Source: a virus
Lineage: Duplodnaviria; Caudoviricetes
IMG/VR virus record: IMGVR_UViG_3300034375_013642
Coordinates: 1 to 54,269 of that record
Length of the DNA: 54,269 nt
Direction: 5' to 3' (one strand)
The notes under the pieces are model-generated. The model searched no databases. It had not been told where the DNA came from and saw only the letters and a list, made by a program, of their open reading frames with translations. Below, one piece after another: positions 35,467 through 44,221 of the stretch (position 1 is its first letter; each line of letters begins with the position of its first letter). The translations under genes were made by a program, and so were the position numbers.

Positions 35467-36023
35467 GTTATGAAAACCTCGTGCAGGCGCAGCTCTCAGC
35501 GCCGATTGAAGCGACCGCTGTCACCCTGACGCTTGCTGCTGCCGAAAGTCCTTACCGGTTGCCACCTGCCGACGGCGGCGTGCTGGTGCTGGCGGACAGC
35601 CTAGGTAAACCGACCTTCGTTGAAATCATTCGTTATGCCTCACGCGATGGTCAGACACTGCTTGGCCTGGAGCGAGGGATCGAGGGCACAACGGCGTTTG
35701 CTTGGAATACAGGCGACTATTGCTATCAGTCCCTCACCGCGGGTGAATTCAAACGGTCCTCGCTATGGGCGAACCAGTCAGCTGATCTCACTGCCGACGC
35801 CGGTAGCCGGAACAACCTGACCGCTTCGATAACCGTCTCTCTGCCTGCCAATCCCTCACTTGGCGATACCGTCGAGTTCATCAAGCTGGTGGGCGTTACC
35901 CCACTCATTCAAACCACTGACGGCACGCCGATCCAGGTGAAGGATCAGTCCGATACCTCGGTGCTTTACAACTACGAAGCACGGCTGCTCGCCGTCTTCA
36001 ACGGCACAGCCTGGGAGATTTGA
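35463..36023 (+). CDS. Tail fibre-related protein
   Basis: ERGIEGTTA, TVSLPANPSLGDTVEF, FNGTAW. Confidence 0.7.
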   Translation: MSYENLVQAQLSAPIEATAVTLTLAAAESPYRLPPADGGVLVLADSLGKPTFVEIIRYASRDGQTLLGLERGIEGTTAFAWNTGDYCYQSLTAGEFKRSSLWANQSADLTADAGSRNNLTASITVSLPANPSLGDTVEFIKLVGVTPLIQTTDGTPIQVKDQSDTSVLYNYEARLLAVFNGTAWEI

Positions 36024-36026
36024 AGC

Positions 36027-36773
36027 ATGCCTATCATTGATTTGGCGAAAGCGTTAGCGCCGACAGGAGGGAGGGTTGCGGCCTATCCCGCGCTGAAAGC
36101 CTCAATCGTCCTGTTCGACTGCAACCCCGGAACCCGGAGTTGGACTGTGCCGGAAGGGGTGTCAAGGATTCGGGCGTTTGTTGTGGGTGGCGGGGGCGGC
36201 GCAGATAGCTCTTATGGCGGGACGGGTGGGGGCTATTCCGAAATAACCCTGAATGTCACACCTGGGCAAGTATTGAACTACACCGTAGGCGCGGGCGGAC
36301 TTGCCAACTCCCCCTATACGGTGGCGGGCACAAGTTCGTTTGGTGGCGTGATATCTGCTACAGGAGGGGTCCGCTATTCCCCGGCTGGGACAGGGACTGG
36401 CGGAACTATTAACAAATCAGGGGGGGCAACCGCAGCAGGAGGCGGAGGTGGTGGCGCCGGGCACGCTTATGGAAACGGACAGGCCGGTCTCTCTTATTAC
36501 GGCGGCGGGTTCAGCTCAAGGAACCAGTCGTTTGTTGACGGCTGGAAAATAGGCATGCTGCCCGGTGGAGCCGTTGGCGGTGCTTATGGGGTCGGTGCGT
36601 CTTCATCAGCTTATACGGCGCAACCTGCCGGGATGGGGGGCGGAGGCGTCGGTACAGGCGGCGCGGGGAGCAACGGCCTAGCCCTAGATGGCGGAATCGG
36701 CGGCGGCGGCGGTACTTATTCTAACGGCAGCAACGGCGGCCCCGGCCTCGTCGGAATCGAGGTGATCGCATGA
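36027..36773 (+). CDS. Glycine-rich tail fibre/receptor-binding protein
   Basis: WTVPEGV...VVGGGGG, TVGAGG; codon usage differs from neighbours. Confidence 0.75.
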   Translation: MPIIDLAKALAPTGGRVAAYPALKASIVLFDCNPGTRSWTVPEGVSRIRAFVVGGGGGADSSYGGTGGGYSEITLNVTPGQVLNYTVGAGGLANSPYTVAGTSSFGGVISATGGVRYSPAGTGTGGTINKSGGATAAGGGGGGAGHAYGNGQAGLSYYGGGFSSRNQSFVDGWKIGMLPGGAVGGAYGVGASSSAYTAQPAGMGGGGVGTGGAGSNGLALDGGIGGGGGTYSNGSNGGPGLVGIEVIA

Positions 36774-37312
36774 GCACATTCGCGCGCATCACTGACGGGG
36801 TAGCGGTAGAGGTCTGGACTGACGGCGGGCTGGGCATTGTCCCGACTGACGTGTTCGTGCCGGGGCTGGCTGCACAGTTCGAGCCTGTACCGGTTGAGGT
36901 GCAAGCAGGCTGGTCGTTGATCGATGGCCTCTGGACTGCGCCGCCTCCTGCGCCTGAGCCGCTGACCGATTGGCCTGACGTAATAGCCGCGCGGCGCTAT
37001 GAGGCCGAGGTGGCTGGTATCGTCTGGCAGGGCCATGGCATCGCCACTGACCGCGACTCGCAGCAAAAGATGAGCGACGAGCGGAACGCGGTTAAGGACG
37101 GCCTGCGCACCGGCGGCAAGGGCTGGAAGTGCCTGGACCTGGCCACCGGGACAGTGGTGTTCCGGCCGACTACTAATGAGGAAATTCTGGAGCTGACTGC
37201 CGCTGCTTATCGCCATGTCAGCGATTGTTTTGACCGGGAAGGTCAGCTGCTCGCAGCTTTAGCCGATGGCACCATTACCCTTGCGTCTCTCGACGAGGGT
37301 TGGCCTGTTTGA
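36770..37312 (+). CDS. Tail fibre assembly-like protein (DUF4376-like)
   Basis: IAARRYEAEVAGI, TDRDSQ, HVSDCFDRE, GWP end. Confidence 0.75.
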   Translation: MSTFARITDGVAVEVWTDGGLGIVPTDVFVPGLAAQFEPVPVEVQAGWSLIDGLWTAPPPAPEPLTDWPDVIAARRYEAEVAGIVWQGHGIATDRDSQQKMSDERNAVKDGLRTGGKGWKCLDLATGTVVFRPTTNEEILELTAAAYRHVSDCFDREGQLLAALADGTITLASLDEGWPV

Positions 37313-37620
37313 CCAACTAGCCCTAAACAGCCTTCTTGCCCTTCGGTGCTTGCCTTGATGGCCTGATCAAGCTGATTGAGGCAGATCTCGATCGCCAAGC
37401 TACGGAGCTGATTGCTAGGCCAGACGTGGTCAGCGATAGCTGCTACCAGATCTCTAAAACCGCCATCGTTTATCAACATCCCGTGCTGCACGGTAAGAGT
37501 GCGACCTTCAAAAGCAAGTGTCAGCGGGTCGCGTTGGATAATAGTCGCGCCTGAACTGAGTAGGCAGTCTATGTGCTTCCTGAGCGCATGAAGCTCGCGC
37601 TGATCTTCTTCCTGATTCAC
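37243..37620 (-). CDS. Hypothetical protein (antisense moron)
   Basis: GGAG SD with GTG start; lower GC; overlaps the convergent gene by 70 nt. Confidence 0.55.
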   Translation of the reverse strand: MNQEEDQRELHALRKHIDCLLSSGATIIQRDPLTLAFEGRTLTVQHGMLINDGGFRDLVAAIADHVWPSNQLRSLAIEICLNQLDQAIKASTEGQEGCLGLVGQTGQPSSRDARVMVPSAKAASS

Positions 37621-37792
37621 TGCAAAACAACTCCGTCATCCTTGAAGCCGCGGATTCTAGCGATCCAGATCACAAATCGACAGCGGAATATGGCTTTGTG
37701 ATATCACCATTTGCGCTGGTGTCTGGCTTGGCGCTAGGTCTCGGTACAAAAGCCAAGCGGAAATAGCGTCCCTGAGAGCCCTTCATTCAAAC

Positions 37793-37817
37793 AGCCCGCT
37801 AAATCGCGGGCTTTTTC
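37793..37817 (+). terminator. Intrinsic terminator
   Basis: AGCCCGC-taaatc-GCGGGCT plus T-run. Confidence 0.75.
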
Positions 37818-37834
37818 ATGCCTGGAGAAACTGC

Positions 37835-38170
37835 ATGACCCTTGGCCAGAAGCAGCGACACCTTACCCGCCTGATTGGCCTACTCATCGAATGGGCGTAC
37901 GAGAACGGATATGAACTGACCTTCGGCGATGCCTACCGCGACCCGCGTGTGCACGGCGCGGTCGGGGACAAGAAGTCCTACAGCTCAGCTGTCTCTCTGC
38001 ACAAGGAGCGGTTGGCGGTGGACTTCAACCTGTTCAAGGACGGCCAGTACCTGACCCGAACCGAGGATTACACGCCGCTCGGCGAATACTGGGAATCTTT
38101 GGGCGGCGCTTGGGGCGGCCGCTTCAATGACGGCAATCACTTTAGCCTCGAGCATGGTGGCCGGAAATGA
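37835..38170 (+). CDS. M15-family peptidase endolysin
   Basis: SLHKERLAVD (SxHxxxxAxD), WGGRF and DGNHFS zinc ligands. Confidence 0.88.
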   Translation: MTLGQKQRHLTRLIGLLIEWAYENGYELTFGDAYRDPRVHGAVGDKKSYSSAVSLHKERLAVDFNLFKDGQYLTRTEDYTPLGEYWESLGGAWGGRFNDGNHFSLEHGGRK

Positions 38171-39792
38171 AGCTGGCATTCGCGGGCTTCCGCGGTCAAA
38201 TGCCCATCGTGGATGAGCGCCTGCTGCCTGATGCCAATGCGCAGGTGGCGCGTAACGTCTACCTGAGGCGCGGCACGCTGAAGCCTGAGCGTGCCCCTGG
38301 TCCAATCACAGGCCTGCCCGGCGTCATCGCGCCGTCATCGTTGTACCGCTACCCGAACGGCAACGATGGCGCTGGCTTCTGGATGATCTGGGGCAGCGGC
38401 AAGCGCGTGCACGCCGTGAAGTCACCGCTAGCGGATGACGCCTGGCAGCGCGTCTACTGGACGGGCGACGGGCCGCCGAAGATGGGCGGCATTGCCGAGA
38501 TCACGGGCGGCGCACAGCCGTACCCCGCGCGCAGCTTCCGGCTTGGCATTCCGGCACCTGCGAATGCGCCCGTGGTTTCCGCGCCATCGGATCGCGTCGG
38601 CGCGGAAGACCACCCGCTGACCGCGCTGCAAACGTCCTACGTGGTGACGATGATCAGTCGCTTCGGCGAGGAGGGGCCGCCCAGCTTCGCCAGTTCGTCG
38701 ATAATCCGTTGGGACATGGTTGAGGGCGCGCCTGCTGGCGGGGCCGTGGTGCTGAGCCTGCCGGCCATCCCAAGCGGCGCGCACGACATCATCACCAAAC
38801 GCATCTACCGCGCCGAGTCCTCAGGCGTGTTCCAGCACGTTGCCGATGTGCCGGTTGCTCAAGGCTCATTCACCGACGCGGTGCCGAGCGAAAGCATGGG
38901 CGTCTCGCTGCCGTCGCTGGAGTGGGATATGCCTGATGATCGCCTAGTCGGGCTGACGGCGCTGCCGGGCGGCTTCTTGGCTGGCTACTTCGGCAACACG
39001 CTGTGCTTCAGTGAGGCGTTCTATCCGCATGCCTGGCCGATCTCCTATCAGCTGGCCTTCAGCGAGGACGTGGTAGGCATCGCTGCCGTGGCCGGCGGCC
39101 TGGTAGTGGCCACTAACGGGCGTCCGCACATGATCACTGGCTCGTCGCCAGCAGCCATGGCCGATATGCACCTGGACGAGGATCAGCCGTGCGTGGCCGG
39201 TTGCTCGCTGGTCGACATGGGCGAGTATGCGGTTTATGCCTCGCCGAACGGCTTGGTGGCGGTCGGTGGTGGCTCGGCGCAGCTGCTGACCAAAGCGATG
39301 ATTTCCCGCGAACAATGGAAAGCGCTCAAGCCTGAGACCATCCATGCTTACCGCCATGATGGTCGCTACCTGGCGTTCTACGAGGGCGGCTGTTTCGCCT
39401 TTACGCCGGGCGAGGGGTTCGAATTCTTCGACGTGAGCGCGGCCGCCGGCTGGTACGACCTGGCCAAGGACCAGCTATGCCTGATTCAGGGAAACGCCAT
39501 CACTGCCTGGGGCGGGGGTGCCGCCATGACGCTGCGCTGGCGCTCGAAAATACATGAGCTAGCGTCCGGAAGTGGCGGATTTTCCTGCGGTAAGGTCATC
39601 GCGCGACAGTACCCGGTCACGCTACGGCTGATCGCGGACGGCGTGACCATGCTGGAGCTACTCGTAGCCAGCCGCGATCTGTTCCGCCTGCCTGCCGGCT
39701 ATGCGCTATGCCGCGACTGGGAAGTCGAAGTTGAATCCGCGCATGAGGTACAGTCCGTTCAGATCGCATCCTCGCCCAGCGAGATCGTTTAA
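38167..39792 (+). CDS. Tail nozzle/stabilisation protein
   Basis: A.NV N-terminus, CFSE...PHAWP, YASPNGLV, WRSK; position in a podoviral tail block. Confidence 0.7.
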   Translation: MKLAFAGFRGQMPIVDERLLPDANAQVARNVYLRRGTLKPERAPGPITGLPGVIAPSSLYRYPNGNDGAGFWMIWGSGKRVHAVKSPLADDAWQRVYWTGDGPPKMGGIAEITGGAQPYPARSFRLGIPAPANAPVVSAPSDRVGAEDHPLTALQTSYVVTMISRFGEEGPPSFASSSIIRWDMVEGAPAGGAVVLSLPAIPSGAHDIITKRIYRAESSGVFQHVADVPVAQGSFTDAVPSESMGVSLPSLEWDMPDDRLVGLTALPGGFLAGYFGNTLCFSEAFYPHAWPISYQLAFSEDVVGIAAVAGGLVVATNGRPHMITGSSPAAMADMHLDEDQPCVAGCSLVDMGEYAVYASPNGLVAVGGGSAQLLTKAMISREQWKALKPETIHAYRHDGRYLAFYEGGCFAFTPGEGFEFFDVSAAAGWYDLAKDQLCLIQGNAITAWGGGAAMTLRWRSKIHELASGSGGFSCGKVIARQYPVTLRLIADGVTMLELLVASRDLFRLPAGYALCRDWEVEVESAHEVQSVQIASSPSEIV

Positions 39793-39812
39793 TCGCCTGC
39801 CGGGAGGCACCG

Positions 39813-41144
39813 ATGACCCCACGACGCAAGACGTTGCCAGCGCTCTCGCCGAAAGCGCCGGCCGAGCTTCGCCCGCTGTTTGCGGCCATGGCCGAGATCC
39901 TCGAAACAGGAGAGGGCGTGCGCGGCGACAAGCTCGATCGCAAGCTGACCCTGCGTGACCTGCTGGATGGAGGCCTGGCAAAGCTGCGAGTGCCCGGCAA
40001 TCCTGATGGCGGCCTGACGCAGCCTGACGGACCGCAAGACATGACCGTCCCGCCGCGGCCGACCGGCTTCGCTGCTGAAGGCAGTTTCTTTGGCATGATC
40101 CATATGACCTGGGAGCGTCCGCAGGAGATTTACAACAACCACGCGTTCACGAACATCTACCGTAGCGAAGAGGACAACTTCGCCACGGCGGAAATAATCG
40201 GCCGTGAAGCCGGCATGTTTTACAGCGACGTGGTGCGCAATGATGCGGTGGTCGTCGACAATCCGCTGAACCTGCCGGGTTACTACTACTGGATCACCTT
40301 CAGCTCGACCTCGGACATCGAGGGCGCGCCAAACTCGCCGAACGGCACGTTCGCCCAGCCGCTGCCCGATGCCGCCTACCTACTGGGCCAGCTTTCAGGG
40401 CAGCTAGGCGAATCCGAGCTTGAGCAGTCGCTACGTGACCGTATTGATCTAATCGACGGAACAAAGCCTGGCTCGGTGAGCGCTCGCATTGCAGAGGAGC
40501 GAACGGAGCGAGTGAAGGGCGACCAGGCCACCGCGCAGCTGGTTACAACCCTACAGACGACCGTATCAGGCAACACGGCAAGCATCCAACAGCAGGCTTC
40601 CAGCATCAACGGCCTGTCGGCGCAGTACACGCTGAAAACGGACGTCAACGGCTATGTCGCGGGTTTTGGCGCCTATAACGATGGAAAGACGGCCGACTTC
40701 GCCGTGCTGGCCGATCGCTTCTGGATCGCCAGGCCGGGTGCCTCGAATTCAGCGGTCAAGCCATTCATGGTGATTGGGGGCAAGGTCTACATCGATAGCG
40801 CCTTTATCCGCGAGGCTTCGATTCAGGAAGGGCAGCTCGGACCGATCACCTTCGGCAAGATATTCGATGCAGCCGGCAGGCCCGTCACGACGCTGGCGGG
40901 CAAGCTGCGCGCGGACATCCTCGACGTCGATAGCCTGCGGGTTGGCGATGCGAACATCAGCGGGGTCATTCAATCGAGCGCAGTCGACTCATGGGGCCGG
41001 CGCCGGTGGATCCTCGACAAGAATGGCGGTCTTACGCTCAACGGTGCGACGGCTTCCGGCCGCATGGAGGTGCGAGAAAACGTCATCAAGGTGTTCGATC
41101 AAGCTGGGCGTCTTCGCGTGCAGATTGGAGACCTTTACGCATGA
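39813..41144 (+). CDS. Tail tip/fibre protein (DUF1983-like, J C-terminal type)
   Basis: LSAQYTLKTDVNGYVAGFG, FAVLADRF, PF...KVYIDSAFI, GRLRVQIG. Confidence 0.8.
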   Translation: MTPRRKTLPALSPKAPAELRPLFAAMAEILETGEGVRGDKLDRKLTLRDLLDGGLAKLRVPGNPDGGLTQPDGPQDMTVPPRPTGFAAEGSFFGMIHMTWERPQEIYNNHAFTNIYRSEEDNFATAEIIGREAGMFYSDVVRNDAVVVDNPLNLPGYYYWITFSSTSDIEGAPNSPNGTFAQPLPDAAYLLGQLSGQLGESELEQSLRDRIDLIDGTKPGSVSARIAEERTERVKGDQATAQLVTTLQTTVSGNTASIQQQASSINGLSAQYTLKTDVNGYVAGFGAYNDGKTADFAVLADRFWIARPGASNSAVKPFMVIGGKVYIDSAFIREASIQEGQLGPITFGKIFDAAGRPVTTLAGKLRADILDVDSLRVGDANISGVIQSSAVDSWGRRRWILDKNGGLTLNGATASGRMEVRENVIKVFDQAGRLRVQIGDLYA

Positions 41145-41482
41145 CGTCTGGAATCCGGGTCTACGATTCCGGCGGAGCTTTGGTCTTCGACGAAAACTCG
41201 CTCTCACTGCGAGTAATAGACATCATCAGGCTCGACTACGGAAAGCGTTCATCGCCACTGACCGTGAGCGCCCCAAAAGCCCGGGCAGGTCATGCTGTCA
41301 TCGTGCAGGCGCGGGCGCGGTACGCACATAGCGACGCCAGCGGCCACTATGGATACAACCCGCCGGTCGTGAAGCCGTACGACGGCTACATAGTACTCAG
41401 CCCGCTCGACTGGCCTTATTCGCAGACCAGTCCAGGTGTAATCGATTGCAGCTGCGACCTGATACTGGTGGAGTTCGGATGA
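41141..41482 (+). CDS. Tail tip accessory protein
   Basis: MTSGIRVYDSGGALVFD; ATGA coupling. Confidence 0.7.
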   Translation: MTSGIRVYDSGGALVFDENSLSLRVIDIIRLDYGKRSSPLTVSAPKARAGHAVIVQARARYAHSDASGHYGYNPPVVKPYDGYIVLSPLDWPYSQTSPGVIDCSCDLILVEFG

Positions 41483-42297
41483 GCTATGGATTCAAGCTGG
41501 TAAGCGACAGGGGCTCGGTCATTGTCGACGACCAGCACATCACACTTTCGGTTATCGCTCAGGGGCGCATGAGTTATGCCAATGGGTTGTTCTTCAACTC
41601 GAACGGGGGCTATTACGTCTACAACGATCACCTGTACGGCATGCTCATTGCGGCGTCGTTTGCTCAGGTCATCACCTCGATTGAGCCCCCCTTAGTTGTA
41701 ATGATTCCAGACGGCCCGGAGGGAGCAGTACATTCCTACCAGCCGGTAGGGTCTCCTGGCGCATGGACTGGGTTCGAGATCGCGTTCCGGCACACGTTCA
41801 ATCTCCCGAGCGGGGGTCGATACGGCTCTATCCCCTACATCAACTGGGCTTACGCCGTGGTGAGGATGGACTTGGTGCCTACCTCTGCTGATCGATGGGG
41901 GCTCCGCGTGTTCAACGAGCAAGGCGCGGTGACCTTCGACAGCGGGTCAAGGGCGCTTCGCCTGCTGCAGCACTTTAAGGGATGGCGCACGACTTACTCC
42001 GGCTATGGTTACCGCGAGTATGACCTGCCCTGGAGCTTTCCCTTCGACCGCAAGCACGGCCTGCTGGTGTCCAATATGACCGGCTTCCAGGTCTATACGG
42101 GCAATTTCAACTTTGCCATGGGCTCTGCTCGCTTCGGGTTCTCTGACGCGGGCCGCATACGCTCGGCAGTCGGCGGTTTAACCAAGCTCGACTCGGATCG
42201 CATGGGCAGCCATGGCGGCGACTGGAACGATGGGGTTGGCCGCCTCCTTGAAGATCAGTCGGGCGGGCCACAGGTCTTTGCCGTAAAGCTTATGTAG
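41479..42297 (+). CDS. Tail tip/receptor-binding accessory protein
   Basis: MSYGFKL..., internal WGLRVFNEQGAVTFDS repeat unit; aromatic-rich. Confidence 0.7.
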   Translation: MSYGFKLVSDRGSVIVDDQHITLSVIAQGRMSYANGLFFNSNGGYYVYNDHLYGMLIAASFAQVITSIEPPLVVMIPDGPEGAVHSYQPVGSPGAWTGFEIAFRHTFNLPSGGRYGSIPYINWAYAVVRMDLVPTSADRWGLRVFNEQGAVTFDSGSRALRLLQHFKGWRTTYSGYGYREYDLPWSFPFDRKHGLLVSNMTGFQVYTGNFNFAMGSARFGFSDAGRIRSAVGGLTKLDSDRMGSHGGDWNDGVGRLLEDQSGGPQVFAVKLM

Positions 42298-42349
42298 CGC
42301 CGCCGGGATCTTCGTTACACTCACTCTATGTCATTGTCGGGAGACAACG

Positions 42350-42817
42350 ATGCCACAGCCCAACGAGCGGGCGTTTCTTCAGCATGTGCTGAAGGATCAC
42401 GCTGCCGCCATTCTGTTCTGTGAGGCGCTATTTCGCGTCTCACAAGTTCTTGATGACCTCCTTGACGGCGACAAGCCTGTCACCAGCGACGCGATTTACC
42501 GCGCGTTCTGGGAGGCAATGATCGATATCCCATCAAATACTTTCTATCGAGCTCACGAGCCGATGCTGCGTCCGCTTATGGCAGCCGCTCTGCAGGATTG
42601 GCGCGACAGCGTGACACTGGAGCGTGACGGCGACGAGCACGGCCGAACGCTGGCCTTCGTGCTGCGCGACCAGCTGACCAGCCTGGTAGTGCAGTGCGCC
42701 GGCCTGATTGGCGGCTTTGATTGGATGCAGCGGATCTCTGCCGAAATACGCCGGCATTTCCATGAGGACAAGCTGCGCGATTATCTCAACGAGCTTGGAA
42801 CAGGAGTGGCGCAATGA
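42350..42817 (+). CDS. All-helical protein with DDxxD motif
   Basis: SQVLDDLLDGD; ATGA-coupled to the first ejection-like gene. Confidence 0.75.
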   Translation: MPQPNERAFLQHVLKDHAAAILFCEALFRVSQVLDDLLDGDKPVTSDAIYRAFWEAMIDIPSNTFYRAHEPMLRPLMAAALQDWRDSVTLERDGDEHGRTLAFVLRDQLTSLVVQCAGLIGGFDWMQRISAEIRRHFHEDKLRDYLNELGTGVAQ

Positions 42818-43497
42818 GTGGCGGAGGAAGTGAAAGCGACAACACGGTGAAGGACACGCCCGAGCAGCGCTATGCGGCGCAGGTAGCCGCCGAAAAATGG
42901 AACTTCGCTCAAGGCAAGCTCGCCCCGCTGGAAGACCAATACATGGCCAACGTCGATGATATGGATTCGGCCGGGCGCATGAGCTACATCCGCGGGCGTA
43001 CCAACCAGGCTTCAATGGGGAACCTAAGCCAAGGATTGCAGCAGCTAGATGCTCAGCTGGGCCAGGCCGGTATCAATCCGAACAGTGGGCGCTGGCTTGG
43101 CACTCAGGCAGATTTTTCCGAGCAGAACGCGCAGCAGGGCGGTGAAACGATGGGGCGAGCCCAGTTCCAGCAGAAGTCTGAGCAGATCAAGGGGATGCAA
43201 AACATCGTCGCGATGGGCTCCGGCGAGTCGACACAGTCGCAGGCCGGATTGAGCGATATTGCCGCAACCTCTGCTGCAGATGCGCGCAGCGAGGCGACGA
43301 ATAATTTCAATCGCCGCAGTGCCAACCTGCAGTTGCTCGGCACCGCCGCAGGTGCCGCGACAAATTACGGAATGAGCCAGTTCGGCAGCAGCGCCGCTCC
43401 GGCCGCAGGTGCGACATCCGGCATAGGGCTGTCTGGTTTCGACAACGGTTACGGTCTTAGTAGCAGCTCGGTCAACGGCATGAAGTACGGAGCCTAA
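42814..43497 (+). CDS. Putative internal virion/ejection protein
   Basis: MSGGGS start; Gln/Ala/Gly-rich helical sequence. Confidence 0.7.
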   Translation: MSGGGSESDNTVKDTPEQRYAAQVAAEKWNFAQGKLAPLEDQYMANVDDMDSAGRMSYIRGRTNQASMGNLSQGLQQLDAQLGQAGINPNSGRWLGTQADFSEQNAQQGGETMGRAQFQQKSEQIKGMQNIVAMGSGESTQSQAGLSDIAATSAADARSEATNNFNRRSANLQLLGTAAGAATNYGMSQFGSSAAPAAGATSGIGLSGFDNGYGLSSSSVNGMKYGA

Positions 43498-43499
43498 CG

Positions 43500-43928
43500 A
43501 TGGCCATTTATGTGGACGCAAGCACAGCATTCAGCGGCGACCAAGGCGCTTCGCAGCTGCTTGGACAGCTGTATCGAGCGCAGTGGGACGATTGGAAAAC
43601 CCGCTTCAGCCCCTATATCGACGAGCTGGCGAACCTGGCCAGCGACAAAACCTATGCCGCCGGCCAGGGCGCGAATGCTGCTGCAGCCGTGAATACAAGC
43701 TATGCCAACACGGCACAGGCCCTGCAAACGCAGCGTGCCGGTATGGGCATCAATCTGACCGATGCACAAAAGACCGCCGAGCAGCGTCAGCTGTCTCTTG
43801 GCCAGGCCGCCGACGGCGCCTCGGCCTACAACGAGGCGAAGGTCTCGGCGCGCGACATGCAGGACCAGATCCTCGCTGGCGGCTTCGGTCTGTCGAATCT
43901 TCCAACAACTGGCCAGCAGCAGGGGTAA
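43500..43928 (+). CDS. Putative internal virion protein
   Basis: Ala/Gln-rich; operon position. Confidence 0.7.
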   Translation: MAIYVDASTAFSGDQGASQLLGQLYRAQWDDWKTRFSPYIDELANLASDKTYAAGQGANAAAAVNTSYANTAQALQTQRAGMGINLTDAQKTAEQRQLSLGQAADGASAYNEAKVSARDMQDQILAGGFGLSNLPTTGQQQG

Positions 43929-43933
43929 GCGCT

Positions 43934-44185
43934 ATGTCATACGGATTACTTGGCCTCAAGAATCAGATGCAAGGCGAAGCCGTTCAGGGGCTGCAGGACC
44001 TGGATAAGCAGCAACAGCAGAACAGAATGTTCAAGGAGCAGGCCGACCAGCAGCAGAAGGCCCAGCGCAAGCAATCACAAGTCGGCATGGCTGCAACCGG
44101 AGCCATGTACGGCGCCTCGGTAGGCGGGCCAGTCGGCGCTGTTGTTGGAGGCGTTATTGGCCTGGCGGCCGGCTCGTTCATGTAA
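43934..44185 (+). CDS. Small glycine-zipper virion protein
   Basis: GMAATGAMYGASVGGPVGAVVGGVIGLAAG. Confidence 0.7.
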   Translation: MSYGLLGLKNQMQGEAVQGLQDLDKQQQQNRMFKEQADQQQKAQRKQSQVGMAATGAMYGASVGGPVGAVVGGVIGLAAGSFM

Positions 44186-44221
44186 CAACGCCTTCGGGCT
44201 CACATATTGCCGGGAGGCAAC

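Noticed and set aside
37660-37690. Possible LexA box upstream of the 37243..37620 moron
   Set aside because: CTGTCGATTTGTGATCTG does not fit CTGT-N8-ACAG
33888-42297. Diversity-generating retroelement or invertible tail-fibre cassette
   Set aside because: No reverse transcriptase, invertase or TR/VR repeat pair seen
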